A DNA stretch of 64,000 nucleotides from Methanomethylovorans hollandica DSM 15978 (GCF_000328665.1 NC_019977.1:2348011-2412010); one strand, 5' to 3'; positions 32,520 to 43,470 are shown, counted from the first letter of the stretch. Numbers and translations: made by a program. The notes: a model not told the origin generated them from the letters alone.

Positions 32520-33896
32520 ATGATAAAAAGAGGAGAAACATCAGGTAAAAAACTCTTGATCATTGGAGGAGGTGCAGTTGGCATGGCGGTGTCCACCGGA
32601 GCCACAAGACACACCAATTATGATGTAACGGTGATATCCGCTGATAAACACGCATCTTACAGTCAATGTGGCATACCTTACGTTTTTTCAGGTGATGTGC
32701 CTACCTTCGAACAATTAATAGTTAAAGGCCCCGAATTCTTCAAAGAAATGGGTATCAAAGTAAGGCTCGATACCCGGGTGGACTCTATTGACATTGAAAA
32801 CAGGTCGATAAGGATCGGGAAGGAACAACTAGACTTTGACAAGCTTGTAATAGCTACAGGCAGCACACCATCCATACCTAAACAAATAGAAAAGAGCATA
32901 TCCCTGAAGAATGTGTTCACACTACGTACACTATCTGATGGCATGCAGATAGGTGAAGCCTTGGAAAATGCAAAAGATGTTGTCATAATAGGTGCTGGTT
33001 CCATCGGTTCCGAGGTTGCAATAGCTACTGCACGTCGAGGAATAAGAACCTCATTATTGAATAGGAGCAATACGATCTTTTCATCCAGTCTTGACCCAGA
33101 TATGGCAGAAACGGTAATATCATACCTAGAAAAGGAAGGAGTCCAGGTATTGACAGGATATACCCCTACATCCATCAATGGTGAAGAGAGTGTCACATCA
33201 GTAACAGTGAATGAAATAGAGATACCTGCAGATGTAGTATTGATCTCAGTTGGCGTTACCCCTGATTCAGCCCTTGCGGCAGAGGCTGGAATAGACATAG
33301 GAACCACAGGAGGCATAGTCACAAACGACAGACTGCAAATCATGAGACGTGGAGAGGTCATTGAAGATGTTTTCTCCGGAGGAGAATGCACCCAGATATA
33401 TAATTTTGTGACCGGTAAACCCATGCTTAGCCATCTGGCAAGCACAGCACGCAGAATGGCAGGAATTGTAACCGACAATCTGGCAGGCAAAGTAACAAGT
33501 TTTGGGCCGGTGGTAAATCCATGGGTAGCATTGGTTGGTGACCTACAAATAGGATCAGTAGGAATTACCACCGCAGAAGCGGAAAAATATGGAATTGGAG
33601 TTGTAAGTGGCATAGCTACGGGCTCTACACGTGCAGAGTATTTCCCCGGAGCTGGTAAGATATTCATTAAGCTCTTGTTCCATGACAGATACCTGATCGG
33701 TGCTCAGATCATTTCAACAGCCGGTACTAAAGAACGCATTGACGGACTTGCCCTCGCAATAAAGAGAAAACAGACTGTAGATGAAATGCTTGAGATGGAA
33801 ACCTGCTACTCCCCAGTTGTTTCCACACTTCTGGACCCTTTACTATTTGCAGTAAAAGGCGCATACAAGAAAATGCCAAAAAAAGGTGCACGATGA
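32520..33896 (+). CDS. NADH oxidase / CoA-disulfide reductase family flavoprotein
   Basis: IIGGGAVG, SYSQCGIPY active-site Cys, ATGS, IIGAGSIG, METCYSP. Confidence 0.88.
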   Translation: MIKRGETSGKKLLIIGGGAVGMAVSTGATRHTNYDVTVISADKHASYSQCGIPYVFSGDVPTFEQLIVKGPEFFKEMGIKVRLDTRVDSIDIENRSIRIGKEQLDFDKLVIATGSTPSIPKQIEKSISLKNVFTLRTLSDGMQIGEALENAKDVVIIGAGSIGSEVAIATARRGIRTSLLNRSNTIFSSSLDPDMAETVISYLEKEGVQVLTGYTPTSINGEESVTSVTVNEIEIPADVVLISVGVTPDSALAAEAGIDIGTTGGIVTNDRLQIMRRGEVIEDVFSGGECTQIYNFVTGKPMLSHLASTARRMAGIVTDNLAGKVTSFGPVVNPWVALVGDLQIGSVGITTAEAEKYGIGVVSGIATGSTRAEYFPGAGKIFIKLLFHDRYLIGAQIISTAGTKERIDGLALAIKRKQTVDEMLEMETCYSPVVSTLLDPLLFAVKGAYKKMPKKGAR

Positions 33897-34888
33897 TAGT
33901 GATCGATGGGTCTTACGGAGAAGGCGGAGGACAGATACTAAGAACAGCAATTGCATTGGCAAGCATCACAGCAACTGATGTGAGGATATTCAATATCAGA
34001 TCTCATAGGCCTCAACCAGGCCTTAAGGCCCAGCATATGAGATCCATAGATGCTGCTGCAAAGCTATGTGATGCTGAAGTCACGGGACTGTATATTGGTT
34101 CTCAGGATATCACCTATTCTCCAATGGAAATAAAGGGGGTAACATATACAGTAGACATTGGAACTGCCGGGAGCATCTCCCTGCTGCTTCAGTGCATAAT
34201 GCCTATGACTGTATATTCCAGGGGGAGGATATCACTTGAAATTACTGGTGGAACCGATGTGGCCTGGTCCCCAACGATCGATTATCTCAATAACGTGACC
34301 TGTAAAGCGCTTGGACAAATGGGATATAATTGTAAAATAGAAGTTCTGAAGAGAGGATACTATCCTGAAGGAGGGGGAAAAGTAAGAGCTTCTTTTGAAC
34401 CTGCAAAACTGCATGGGTTCGAGTTTGAAAAAAAAGAAGAGATAATTAAGGGGATATCACACTCATCAAAACTTCCTGAACATATAGCACAGCGTCAGGC
34501 CCGGGCAGCTAAAATACTGCTGGAGAACAGAGGAATAGAATGCGATATAACTGTATGTATTGAAAATGAACTTTCAACAGGAAGTGGGATCACATTGTGG
34601 AGTGAGTACAGTGGAGCCAGTTATCTTGGAAAGAAAAGCCTTCCTGCTGAAAAGGTTGGGGAGATGGCTGCGGCGCAGATGATCCGACAACTAGATTCCG
34701 GTACTTCGGTAGACCCTTATCTGGCAGACCAGCTTATCACCTATATGGGTCTTGCAGGAGGTGGGTCTTTCACTACCTGCAAAGTCTCAAAACACACACT
34801 AACTAATATTCATATAACTGAAATGCTAATGGGCATGGAATTTGATATACAAAAAAAGGATGAATTCACCAGAATCTCGGTGAAGTGA
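33893..34888 (+). CDS. rtcA: RNA 3'-terminal phosphate cyclase
   Basis: IDGSYGEGGGQILR, RPQPGLKAQH, GGTDV, RGYYPEGGG, LADQL...SKHTLTN (catalytic His retained). Confidence 0.94.
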   Translation: MIVIDGSYGEGGGQILRTAIALASITATDVRIFNIRSHRPQPGLKAQHMRSIDAAAKLCDAEVTGLYIGSQDITYSPMEIKGVTYTVDIGTAGSISLLLQCIMPMTVYSRGRISLEITGGTDVAWSPTIDYLNNVTCKALGQMGYNCKIEVLKRGYYPEGGGKVRASFEPAKLHGFEFEKKEEIIKGISHSSKLPEHIAQRQARAAKILLENRGIECDITVCIENELSTGSGITLWSEYSGASYLGKKSLPAEKVGEMAAAQMIRQLDSGTSVDPYLADQLITYMGLAGGGSFTTCKVSKHTLTNIHITEMLMGMEFDIQKKDEFTRISVK

Positions 34889-34903
34889 AAGAACTGAATT
34901 GAG

Positions 34904-35539
34904 TCATTCCTCATTCTCAACTATGCTCAAGTACTCAGCCGGAATAGATCTTGCAAGAGCTATGTCCTGATTGGCAGTAATGACCAGTATTCCGTCGTTT
35001 TGGGCGGAATCCGCGTCTATCTCAAGTATTACAGGATTATCCGTATGTACAAGTGCAGCTTCTACAGATCTTTCATAAGATGTGCTAAGATGCACATAGG
35101 TTTGCCTGATAGGCTTGATGCCACTTTCCAGCAGCATGTCAACCTCTTCCTGGCTGACACCATAATAAAGTGATGGAAGCTTATTTTCCGGATAATCTGA
35201 CTCAAGTTCCACGTCTACAGAGTGACCGTATTTTGCCCTTATGTGCTTGCCATCTATCTCATACCTGTGTTTTCTGTCAGATGTGACAAGGGCAATGAGC
35301 CTTTCCTTGCTGCCCCATCTATAGCGCTCGGTTAGAACATCCAGAAGATGCCCCAAGCTAACCCAGCCATGGTGATCCATTTTCAGGCCCACATCTTCAG
35401 GAAAATGCCTCAGTGCTCCGGAAACAAATTTCCCCAAACGCTCTTCGCGGTCATCGTCAAGGACGTACCGGCCTTCCACACCGCATGCCGGGCATGTCTC
35501 ACCTCTGAAATATCCATGCTCATTGCATTTACGGATCAT
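34904..35539 (-). CDS. kptA: RNA 2'-phosphotransferase (Tpt1/KptA)
   Basis: Zn ribbon CNEHGYFRGETCPAC, SGALRH, IRAKYGHS, YVHLS. Confidence 0.93.
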   Translation of the reverse strand: MIRKCNEHGYFRGETCPACGVEGRYVLDDDREERLGKFVSGALRHFPEDVGLKMDHHGWVSLGHLLDVLTERYRWGSKERLIALVTSDRKHRYEIDGKHIRAKYGHSVDVELESDYPENKLPSLYYGVSQEEVDMLLESGIKPIRQTYVHLSTSYERSVEAALVHTDNPVILEIDADSAQNDGILVITANQDIALARSIPAEYLSIVENEE

Positions 35540-35711
35540 GATGTATCGGTTTTGAGATGTAATTAATCGTTAATATATGTTATCGAAACAAAAGAAAGCT
35601 ATGATAATAGTTTCGTCACATTTAATACACACTCATACTATCAGATTACACAAATCCGAGAGATTAAACAAGGGACAAAAGTTCCAAATAATACATGCAC
35701 AGGAAATTATT

Positions 35712-36839
35712 ATGAGCGGAATAGACGAAATCTACTCTAAACTTAGCAAATCCATAAGCAAGGAAGAATTTGTTGAAAAGGTAAATGAAAAAGTGGAACA
35801 GATGGGTGGCCTGTGTGATGAGAAGACAGCAGCCATGCTGGTGGCACATGACTTGGGGCTGAACGAAACCGGAAGTTCTTCACAGAAGATAGTGGATATA
35901 AAAAGCGACAGTGGGAACGTTAATTTAATTGCGAAAGTACTATCTGTATTTCCCATAAGGGAATTCACACGCGGTGATGGCACTTTTGGGAAGGTTGGAA
36001 ATCTTTTGGTTGCAGATGAAACCGGAAGTATAAGGATAACACTATGGGATGATAAAGCAGATCTGATCAATCAGGGCTTCATTGAAATAAGCCAGAACCT
36101 GCAGATAAGCGGTTATGTGAAAGAAGGATATTCAGGTGTTGAAGTTAACGTTGGTAACAACGGGATGATAGCCCATACTGATGAGGACATACAGGTTAAA
36201 AATTCTTCAGTGAAGATATCAGAAATTAAAGATGGGATGGGGAATATTAATGTTATTGGAAGATTACTTGACATTTCTGATACCCGCACCTTTAACAAGA
36301 AAGACGGATCTAAAGGCCGTGTAGGCAATATAACCATTGGTGATGATACAGGTAAGATCAGAATAACACTTTGGGACGACAAGACTGACAAAATGACTGA
36401 ACTACATCCCGGGGACGCTGTAGAGGTGATCAACGGTTATGCACGAGAGAATAACTTCAATCAGCAGGTAGAGATACAAATCGGTAACCATGGCATAGTT
36501 AAGAAGACAGAGACATCTGTGAAATATCAGGAAAATTTCACACCTATCTCAGACATCGTACCTGGAGAATCTTATTCCATACAGGGTTCTGTATCAGGAT
36601 TGGGAGAAATAAGGGAATTCAACAGGGATGATGGCACGGTGAACATGGTATCCAATATATACGTTTCTGATGACACGGGTAGAATAAGAGTAGCTATGTG
36701 GGCAGATCATGCATTGCTGGTGGATGAACTGGATATCGACACACCTATACAGATCATAGATGCCTATGCAAAATCAGGTTTTAATGAAGATATTGAACTC
36801 AGCGCAGGAAACCGGACACGGATAATCATCAACCCCTGA
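35712..36839 (+). CDS. rpa: Replication protein A (multiple OB folds)
   Basis: Three repeats of REF.R.DG..G.V.N....D.TG.IR.TLW; ATG at 35712 after AGGA. Confidence 0.9.
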   Translation: MSGIDEIYSKLSKSISKEEFVEKVNEKVEQMGGLCDEKTAAMLVAHDLGLNETGSSSQKIVDIKSDSGNVNLIAKVLSVFPIREFTRGDGTFGKVGNLLVADETGSIRITLWDDKADLINQGFIEISQNLQISGYVKEGYSGVEVNVGNNGMIAHTDEDIQVKNSSVKISEIKDGMGNINVIGRLLDISDTRTFNKKDGSKGRVGNITIGDDTGKIRITLWDDKTDKMTELHPGDAVEVINGYARENNFNQQVEIQIGNHGIVKKTETSVKYQENFTPISDIVPGESYSIQGSVSGLGEIREFNRDDGTVNMVSNIYVSDDTGRIRVAMWADHALLVDELDIDTPIQIIDAYAKSGFNEDIELSAGNRTRIIINP

Positions 36840-36977
36840 TGAACTTTAAAAATGTAATAAACATTCCTGCCACTATTCTTTTAGTATATATTCTACGAAC
36901 ACCTATATATACAATAAATAATAAGAGTTATTTGTGGGCAATCACTTTCCTTAAAAATAACTGGAGCGTGTTATGCA

Positions 36978-37586
36978 ATGGTTTTGGGTGCACAATGGGA
37001 CCTCGAGACTGACGCCTCTATTGATGAGATTCGTAAGGAGATGTCAGTTCATGAAGTAATGACCAGCAAATTGGTCGTTGCAAACATTAATTCTAGTGTT
37101 CTTGAAATTGCCCGGGAGATGATCAGCCAGAACGTAGGCAGTGTGATCATCACAGATGATATCGGTCCTGTTGGGATAATCACAGAGACGGATATTATCA
37201 GCAAGGTGGTGATCAATAACATGATGCCTGGTACGGTTATGGCAGGCCAGATCATGTCTTCTCCCATCATAGCAACAAAACCATCAACTAACGTCATAGA
37301 AGCTGCAGAACAGATGACCAGATGCAACATCCGCAGGCTTGCAGTGATAGATGGTGATAGGATAGTAGGTATCATCACAGACAGGGATATACTTATAGTA
37401 TCACCTGGTCTCAACACTATTCTTGAAAGCCTGATAGAACTGCACCGGGATGAGAATAATTTTGTCGAAGAGTCGGGGATAGAGAGAGGGATATGCCAGA
37501 GATGCGGTGCGTATACGGACCTTACCCAGATGAATGGACTTATGATCTGTGAAGACTGCAAAGAGGAAGAAGGCTATTACGACTAG
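36978..37586 (+). CDS. CBS-pair protein with C-terminal Cys4 zinc ribbon
   Basis: VHEVMTS, GIITETD, IMSSP, GIITDRD; CQRC...CEDC. Confidence 0.9.
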   Translation: MVLGAQWDLETDASIDEIRKEMSVHEVMTSKLVVANINSSVLEIAREMISQNVGSVIITDDIGPVGIITETDIISKVVINNMMPGTVMAGQIMSSPIIATKPSTNVIEAAEQMTRCNIRRLAVIDGDRIVGIITDRDILIVSPGLNTILESLIELHRDENNFVEESGIERGICQRCGAYTDLTQMNGLMICEDCKEEEGYYD

Positions 37587-37627
37587 CCGCATATCATTGA
37601 CCTGTCCATCCTAAATGGAGGATATCT

Positions 37628-38416
37628 ATGACCGTAGAGAGGATAATGTCAAAGAATCCCTTATATGTAAAAGAGACTGACCTTATGACCCACGCACGTC
37701 AAGTTATGCGTGACCATTTTTTGAGAGGTGTACCTGTAGTTGACAATTCCATGAGAGTTAGTGGAATACTTACAGATGCAGATATACTTGAAATAAGAGA
37801 CACCAAGTCCAATATTACAGTGAAAGGGTATGTGAGGACAGTCCCTATGATCACACCTGAAACAGAAATATTGAAAGCTGCCCGTTTAATGCTGGAGGCT
37901 GCTCATCATAGGGTTCCTGTGGTATCGGGCCTTGACAGACAGTTAGTGGGTATCATAAGCGACGTAGATATACTGGCCGCTGTCAAACCAACAAAGAAGT
38001 CTCCACTATTTATAGAGGAGATCATGATGACAGATATGATAACCTGCTATCCGGATGACAGCATAACCAAGGTCTGGCATCAAATGCTTGAACACGACTA
38101 TACCGGAATACCTGTAGTATCACACTCCAATGAAACTATTGGAATGGTGACCAGAAGAGATATCATAAAAGCAGGTTATGCAAGAGTTGCGGAAATTGAC
38201 GGGCGGGGCGCAAAAACCGGTGAAGCACCGAAAGTGGAGAAAGTCATGTCCACTCCTATGTACACTTTACCCCCGGAAGCTTCGCTGAAAGAAGCTATTG
38301 ATAAGATCCTGCAATATGACATTGGCAGGATAGCCGTAGCCAGTAATGAGAAGTTATTGGGCATAGTAAGCAGATCTGCATTATTATCTGCCTGCCTTAT
38401 AGGTACTGGCCTCTGA
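37628..38416 (+). CDS. CBS domain protein (4 CBS)
   Basis: VERIMSKNP, GVPVVD, GIISDVD, VEKVMSTP, GIVSRS. Confidence 0.9.
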   Translation: MTVERIMSKNPLYVKETDLMTHARQVMRDHFLRGVPVVDNSMRVSGILTDADILEIRDTKSNITVKGYVRTVPMITPETEILKAARLMLEAAHHRVPVVSGLDRQLVGIISDVDILAAVKPTKKSPLFIEEIMMTDMITCYPDDSITKVWHQMLEHDYTGIPVVSHSNETIGMVTRRDIIKAGYARVAEIDGRGAKTGEAPKVEKVMSTPMYTLPPEASLKEAIDKILQYDIGRIAVASNEKLLGIVSRSALLSACLIGTGL

Positions 38417-38457
38417 AACTGGTGAGGCTATAATACAAAGATGAGGACCTTTTCTTT

Positions 38458-39501
38458 TTGGTCTCTGAAAGCATTTATACAGAAGAACATTTTATTGTGC
38501 CGGTGGTTGAATTGACAAAAAAGATAACAGATATGGTCACAACAGACAGATCGAAATTCCAGAACAATAAAGAATACCCGGGTAACCACAAAAAAGATCC
38601 TAGTATGCTTAGCACTACAAGTACTATGGATATAGCACCTGTTGAGTTCAAATCCAAGGCTGCAGAAAACAAGGGTGATATGAGTATTGTGGCCAAGAAA
38701 GATGTGATAACCCTCCCTCCCACGACAACTATCATGGGTGCGATAAAAACGATGACAAATAAAGGTTTTAGAAGAGTGCCTATTGCAGATGCAGGTACAA
38801 AACGACTTGAGGGGATAATTACCTCAATGGACATAGTGAACTTCCTCGGAGGTGGTTCAAAGAACCTGCTTGTAGAAAAGTACTATAAAGGAAACCTGCT
38901 GGCAGCTATCAATGCTGATGTGAGCGAGATAATGGAGCGAGATGTGGCTTTCGTTGCCTCAAAAGCGAGTATTTCCGATGCTGTGGAAATAATGATCAAG
39001 AGAAATACAGGAGGTTTGCCTGTAGTTGACGAAGATAGCAGAGTATGCGCCATATTCACTGAAAGGGATTTTCTGGATCTTATGGCAGATACCATTGACT
39101 ATGATTCTATCAAGAACTACATGAGTACAAAAGTAAAAACTGTACCGTTCGATACTACTATAGAGGATGCAGCAAAAATAATGGTCAGTAGGGGCTTTAG
39201 ACGATTGCCTATTGCAAAAGATGGCATATTGATAGGCATTGTTACAGCATCGAATATCATGAATTTCCTAGGTAGTGGAAAGGCCTTCGAAAAGATCATA
39301 ACAGGTAATTCCCACGAGGCTTTCAGTGAACCAATAACCTCACTTATAAACAAAGATGTCGTGTGGGCATCACCTGAAATGGACCTGGGAGATGCTGCAA
39401 GACTGATGATAGAGAAGAGAGTAGGTTCTCTCCCAGTAATAGATAATGATGTGCTCTGCGGTATAATTACTGAAAGAGATTTCCTGAGAGCCGTATATTA
39501 A
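38458..39501 (+). CDS. CBS domain protein (4 CBS); start likely downstream of the TTG
   Basis: GFRRVPI, GIITSMD, GGLPVVD, GFRRLPI, GIITERD. Confidence 0.88.
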   Translation: MVSESIYTEEHFIVPVVELTKKITDMVTTDRSKFQNNKEYPGNHKKDPSMLSTTSTMDIAPVEFKSKAAENKGDMSIVAKKDVITLPPTTTIMGAIKTMTNKGFRRVPIADAGTKRLEGIITSMDIVNFLGGGSKNLLVEKYYKGNLLAAINADVSEIMERDVAFVASKASISDAVEIMIKRNTGGLPVVDEDSRVCAIFTERDFLDLMADTIDYDSIKNYMSTKVKTVPFDTTIEDAAKIMVSRGFRRLPIAKDGILIGIVTASNIMNFLGSGKAFEKIITGNSHEAFSEPITSLINKDVVWASPEMDLGDAARLMIEKRVGSLPVIDNDVLCGIITERDFLRAVY

Positions 39502-39551
39502 AAGGATGAATAGCAGCTATCGATTAATATAATGATTGTTGGAGGAAGTAA

Positions 39552-40400
39552 ATGAACGTTTCAGATATAATGAGCTCTCCGGTGTTCATAATGGGACCGG
39601 ATGAGCCTGTGTCACATGCAAGGAATCTGATGCTAAAGCACAAAATAAGCACTATTGTTGTAGTGGATGATGAAAAAATGATGGGCATCCTCTCACAAGC
39701 AGACCTTAGCAGAAAACTTGCCCAGACAGAACCTGTCTGGAGAAGGCGTCCTATAGATAAGATCCCTGTTAGCATGGTGATGACAGAAGACCCGATAACT
39801 ATCTACCCGGAAGCTTCGATATCCCAGGCCGGAAACCTGATGCTGGAGAACAACATTAACTACCTTGCAGTGATGAAAAAGGGACTTGTAGGCATAGTGA
39901 CAGGTACAGATATTGTAAGATATGTTTCAAAACAGGACGAACAAAAATTCGAGAAGAAAGTACATGAGATCATATCTGATGAGCCTGTTCGCATACATAG
40001 ACACCATACCATTAACCATGCAATTGAGGAGATGGAAAAAAATAACGTGGAAGAGGTTCTAGTTGTCGACGATGCTGAAAAGGTAGTAGGGCTGATATCC
40101 GTAAATAACGTTGCCCTCAATATAGTACCTGATGCCGATGGAAAACTCCCCACAAAGAATGTAAAAATGAGTAGGCGCCCAACATCCGGCGCGCAGAGGG
40201 CATACAGATACATAAAAGAGTTACCTCTGGTTGCTGAAGATATCATGTCAGATATCGGTACAATCGTAAAATGGGATGATTCAGCAGTTGACGCTGCAAA
40301 GCTCATTGTGGAGGAGAACTCAAAAGTTCTGCCTGTAGAAAAGGATAGCCAGATCGTTGGAGTTATCCGGAGGAAGGACTTGATAAGAATAGCGCAGTGA
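39552..40400 (+). CDS. CBS domain protein (4 CBS)
   Basis: [42 protein letters not shown]. Confidence 0.9.
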   Translation: MNVSDIMSSPVFIMGPDEPVSHARNLMLKHKISTIVVVDDEKMMGILSQADLSRKLAQTEPVWRRRPIDKIPVSMVMTEDPITIYPEASISQAGNLMLENNINYLAVMKKGLVGIVTGTDIVRYVSKQDEQKFEKKVHEIISDEPVRIHRHHTINHAIEEMEKNNVEEVLVVDDAEKVVGLISVNNVALNIVPDADGKLPTKNVKMSRRPTSGAQRAYRYIKELPLVAEDIMSDIGTIVKWDDSAVDAAKLIVEENSKVLPVEKDSQIVGVIRRKDLIRIAQ

Positions 40401-41212
40401 AGGAACAAAAGCTAATCAAACCGAAGGTGAAAAAGATGGAAGTAAAGGACATAATGACAGAACCACCAACTATCAGTAAATCAGATACACTTTCCCACGC
40501 ACTTGACATTATGGAAAAGAAAGAAATGCGTCGGATCCTTGTGAAAAATGAAGACAAGGTAGTTGGGATCCTTACTATGAGAAACCTCACAAGAGAACTC
40601 GGTACCAGAAAGAAGGGAAGTATGCCTGCATCTTCACTGCACGTGGCAACAGCTATCTCCGATAATTTTGTTAAGGTTTTTCCGGATGTAAAGGTGAAGG
40701 ATGTTGTCACCCTCATTGATAAAAACCAGGGAGTTATCATTGTCTGCAAGGATGAAAATGTTATGGGTTGGGTGACACCTGCAGAACTCCTGAAAACTAA
40801 CAACTTCAATGGCTTTGCCGCGGAGTTCATGCAGAGAGAACCTCTGATAGGAAGCCCTGGTGACCGTGTAAGCCATATCAGGCATCTGATGCTTGACAAG
40901 AACGTAGGAAGGATTCCGATCATAGAGGATGGTAAACTGGTAGGAATTGTCACCGAAAAAGATGTGGTAAAGGCTATGAGAGCTTTCAGGGACATCGTTT
41001 CGGGCAATCAGCAAGAAGCCAGGATAAAGAACCTGATAGTTGCAGATATCATGAAGAGAAGTGTAAAAACAGTTAATACCAACACACCTCTTTCAGATGT
41101 GGCAAAGATGATGCTTGAAGAGAACATTGGTGGTCTCCCAGTGATGAACCTTGAAGGCGAGTTCGTCGGATTAATAACCAGAAGGAATTTGGTACACTCA
41201 ATGGCACAGTGA
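40397..41212 (+). CDS. CBS domain protein (4 CBS)
   Basis: [37 protein letters not shown] overlap with the upstream gene. Confidence 0.9.
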   Translation: MKEQKLIKPKVKKMEVKDIMTEPPTISKSDTLSHALDIMEKKEMRRILVKNEDKVVGILTMRNLTRELGTRKKGSMPASSLHVATAISDNFVKVFPDVKVKDVVTLIDKNQGVIIVCKDENVMGWVTPAELLKTNNFNGFAAEFMQREPLIGSPGDRVSHIRHLMLDKNVGRIPIIEDGKLVGIVTEKDVVKAMRAFRDIVSGNQQEARIKNLIVADIMKRSVKTVNTNTPLSDVAKMMLEENIGGLPVMNLEGEFVGLITRRNLVHSMAQ

Positions 41213-42381
41213 ACATGGAGTACTATCCGCAAACGGAGCTGGACGTTGAAAATGCTGCATCTTTCCTGGGCATTTCTGTGCAAAGGATGCAGGAATTGAT
41301 GGAGAGAAGAGTGTTGGTACCTAACTGGAACGAGTACCAACACCTATTCCGTTTTGAACATAAGGCTTTGCACATTGATATTGGAAGTGTCCTTGTACAA
41401 AAGGATAATGGATTCAGTCTTATTTTAGGATTCCCAAAGATCAAAAGAGCAATGCTTCTTGGGCCTGCCATTAAAAGCAATTTCGGGGAGATACCCAGGG
41501 TGGCAGTAGAAGAAAAAATGAATGGATATAATGTAAGAGTGATCTTGCTGGACGGCAAACTTGTGGCAATTACACGCAGTGGCCATGTGTGTCCTTATTC
41601 ATCAGAGAAGGTTAATAGCTTGTTGGATCACAATTTTTTTACTGAGAATCCCCAACTTGTGGTATACGGAGAAATGGTAGGCCCTGATAACCCTTACGTG
41701 CCCAAGGAAATTTATCGAATTGAATCTCTGGAATTCTTTATTTTTGATATAAGACATAAGAACACGGGTTTACCCTTGCCGTTATATGAACGCAGGAGCC
41801 TTGCTGAAAAATACGGCTTCCGACAGGTTAGACTTTTCGGAGAATTCGATATCCAGGAAGCTTCTGATATGATCCAGCATATAATCAAGGATATCGGAAG
41901 AAGAGGCCATGAAGGCGTTGTGATCAAGGATCCTAAAATGGTATTGCAACCAATTAAATACACTGCTTCTCAAAGTAATTGTTCTGATCTGCAGCATTCA
42001 ATGAAAGTGTTTAATGAAAGTGGAAGAGACTTCATATTCTCCAGAATAGTAAGAGAGGGGTTCCAGTCAGTGGAATGGGAAGAAAGTGAGGAGGAATTCA
42101 AAAAACGTTGCCTCCGACTGGGTGAAAGTATCCTGCGGCCTATGAAGGAATCCATAATAAAAGTTAGGGATGGGGATAGGGTTGCAGAAGAGTTCACTAT
42201 AAGAGTGAAAGACAGGGCAACCATATCAAAGTTCGAGGAGTACATGAGAAGGCTTGGAATGGATATAAAGTTCAGCGAACCTAAGATCGTGGGCAAGGAA
42301 TACGTTGTACATATGATAAAGATCAACAAGAGCACTAGTGATAAGACATTGGCTATGTGGGAAGGTCAATTGTGGTCATGA
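41209..42381 (+). CDS. ATP-dependent RNA ligase, archaeal Rnl3 (Pab1020) family
   Basis: GFPKIKRA, motif [43 protein letters not shown] overlap with the last CBS gene. Confidence 0.92.
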   Translation: MNMEYYPQTELDVENAASFLGISVQRMQELMERRVLVPNWNEYQHLFRFEHKALHIDIGSVLVQKDNGFSLILGFPKIKRAMLLGPAIKSNFGEIPRVAVEEKMNGYNVRVILLDGKLVAITRSGHVCPYSSEKVNSLLDHNFFTENPQLVVYGEMVGPDNPYVPKEIYRIESLEFFIFDIRHKNTGLPLPLYERRSLAEKYGFRQVRLFGEFDIQEASDMIQHIIKDIGRRGHEGVVIKDPKMVLQPIKYTASQSNCSDLQHSMKVFNESGRDFIFSRIVREGFQSVEWEESEEEFKKRCLRLGESILRPMKESIIKVRDGDRVAEEFTIRVKDRATISKFEEYMRRLGMDIKFSEPKIVGKEYVVHMIKINKSTSDKTLAMWEGQLWS

Positions 42382-42435
42382 AAAAAGATATATTTGTATG
42401 ATAGCATTCGTAAGCTCATAAAGACAGGTGCAAAC

Positions 42436-43470
42436 ATGACAAAGATCACTATAATAGGTAGCCAGCAAAGTGGAAAAACAACGCTTGCTGCAAAAATGGG
42501 AAAGAAAGGCAACGTATCGGACTTCACAATGTATGATTTTGCCAAAGGCGATAAGATAATGACTATCATAGACCCCACGGGATACCCCGATTCTGTTAAA
42601 CCATTGATAGCCTCGCTTACTCTTTCCGACATCGCCATCCTATGCGTGCCTCCCACAGGTCTGGATGCCTATGCAGGGGAATGTATTGTCTGCCTGGAGT
42701 GCATGGGATACAAGCATGGCCTTGTGCTGCTGACAAAATCTGATACCACTTACCCTCAGGCAACAGATGAATTGAAGACAAAGTTGCAGAACATCACAAA
42801 AGGTACGGCGCTTGAGCATTGGGAGTATATGACAGTTTCCACTAAAACCTTTGAAGGTATGGAAGAGCTCAAGGAAAAGATCTTCACTATGGGTGAAACT
42901 ATCGATGAGGAGAATAAGAAAAAGGCCACTTTGCCAACAAGGGTGATAATAGACCAAACATTCAATGTCACTGGAATCGGGTGTGTTGTACTTGGTGTTG
43001 TAATGCAGGGCACTGTCAATGCAAAAGACAAAATGACAGCTTATCCCACCAGTAAACCGCTGGAGATTAGATCGATACAAATGCATGATGTGGATGTTAG
43101 AACTGCGCCATCCGGAGCTAGAGTAGGCCTTGCTCTTAAAGGGATACAGTCAAAAGATATCGATAGAGGTCATGTTCTTTCCCTTGATGAAATTATCAGT
43201 GAGAATTTGAAAATAAAATGCAGACTCTCACCTTTTTCAAAAGGTTTCAATACTGGAAGTGTGTTGCATGTATTCGTTGGACTGCAATCGTCCCCTATGC
43301 GTGTAAGCAGCATAGAGAAAAAAGGGAATATAGTAGAAAAAGCATCTGCTGGAGATGAATATGTTCTTGAACTGACGGGTATGAAGGAGATCTCGTATTC
43401 ACAACAGGATAGGTTCATACTCACAGATCTGGACGAAAAACAAAGGTTCATAGGGTATGGTTCCCTTTGA
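42436..43470 (+). CDS. SelB-like / EF-Tu-like translational GTPase (aSelBL)
   Basis: GSQQSGKTT, IDQTFNVTGIGCVVLG, IRSIQMHDVD...GARVGLALKG; ATG at 42436 after AGGTG. Confidence 0.88.
   Translation: MTKITIIGSQQSGKTTLAAKMGKKGNVSDFTMYDFAKGDKIMTIIDPTGYPDSVKPLIASLTLSDIAILCVPPTGLDAYAGECIVCLECMGYKHGLVLLTKSDTTYPQATDELKTKLQNITKGTALEHWEYMTVSTKTFEGMEELKEKIFTMGETIDEENKKKATLPTRVIIDQTFNVTGIGCVVLGVVMQGTVNAKDKMTAYPTSKPLEIRSIQMHDVDVRTAPSGARVGLALKGIQSKDIDRGHVLSLDEIISENLKIKCRLSPFSKGFNTGSVLHVFVGLQSSPMRVSSIEKKGNIVEKASAGDEYVLELTGMKEISYSQQDRFILTDLDEKQRFIGYGSL

Noticed and set aside
32678..33667. 329-aa minus-strand ORF and similar long antisense ORFs (e.g. 19309-19947, 40363-41007, 46542-47198, 54767-55435)
   Set aside because: Antisense shadows of well-supported genes, with no recognisable motifs.
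34700..34810. RtcA reads DPYLADQ rather than D.HLADQ, suggesting loss of activity
   Set aside because: The adenylated histidine lies in the downstream motif (SKHTLTN here) and is intact.
42436..43470. Selenocysteine system suggested by the SelB-like gene
   Set aside because: No in-frame TGA selenoprotein, tRNA-Sec or selD is seen; short SelB-like GTPases are widespread in archaea that do not use Sec.
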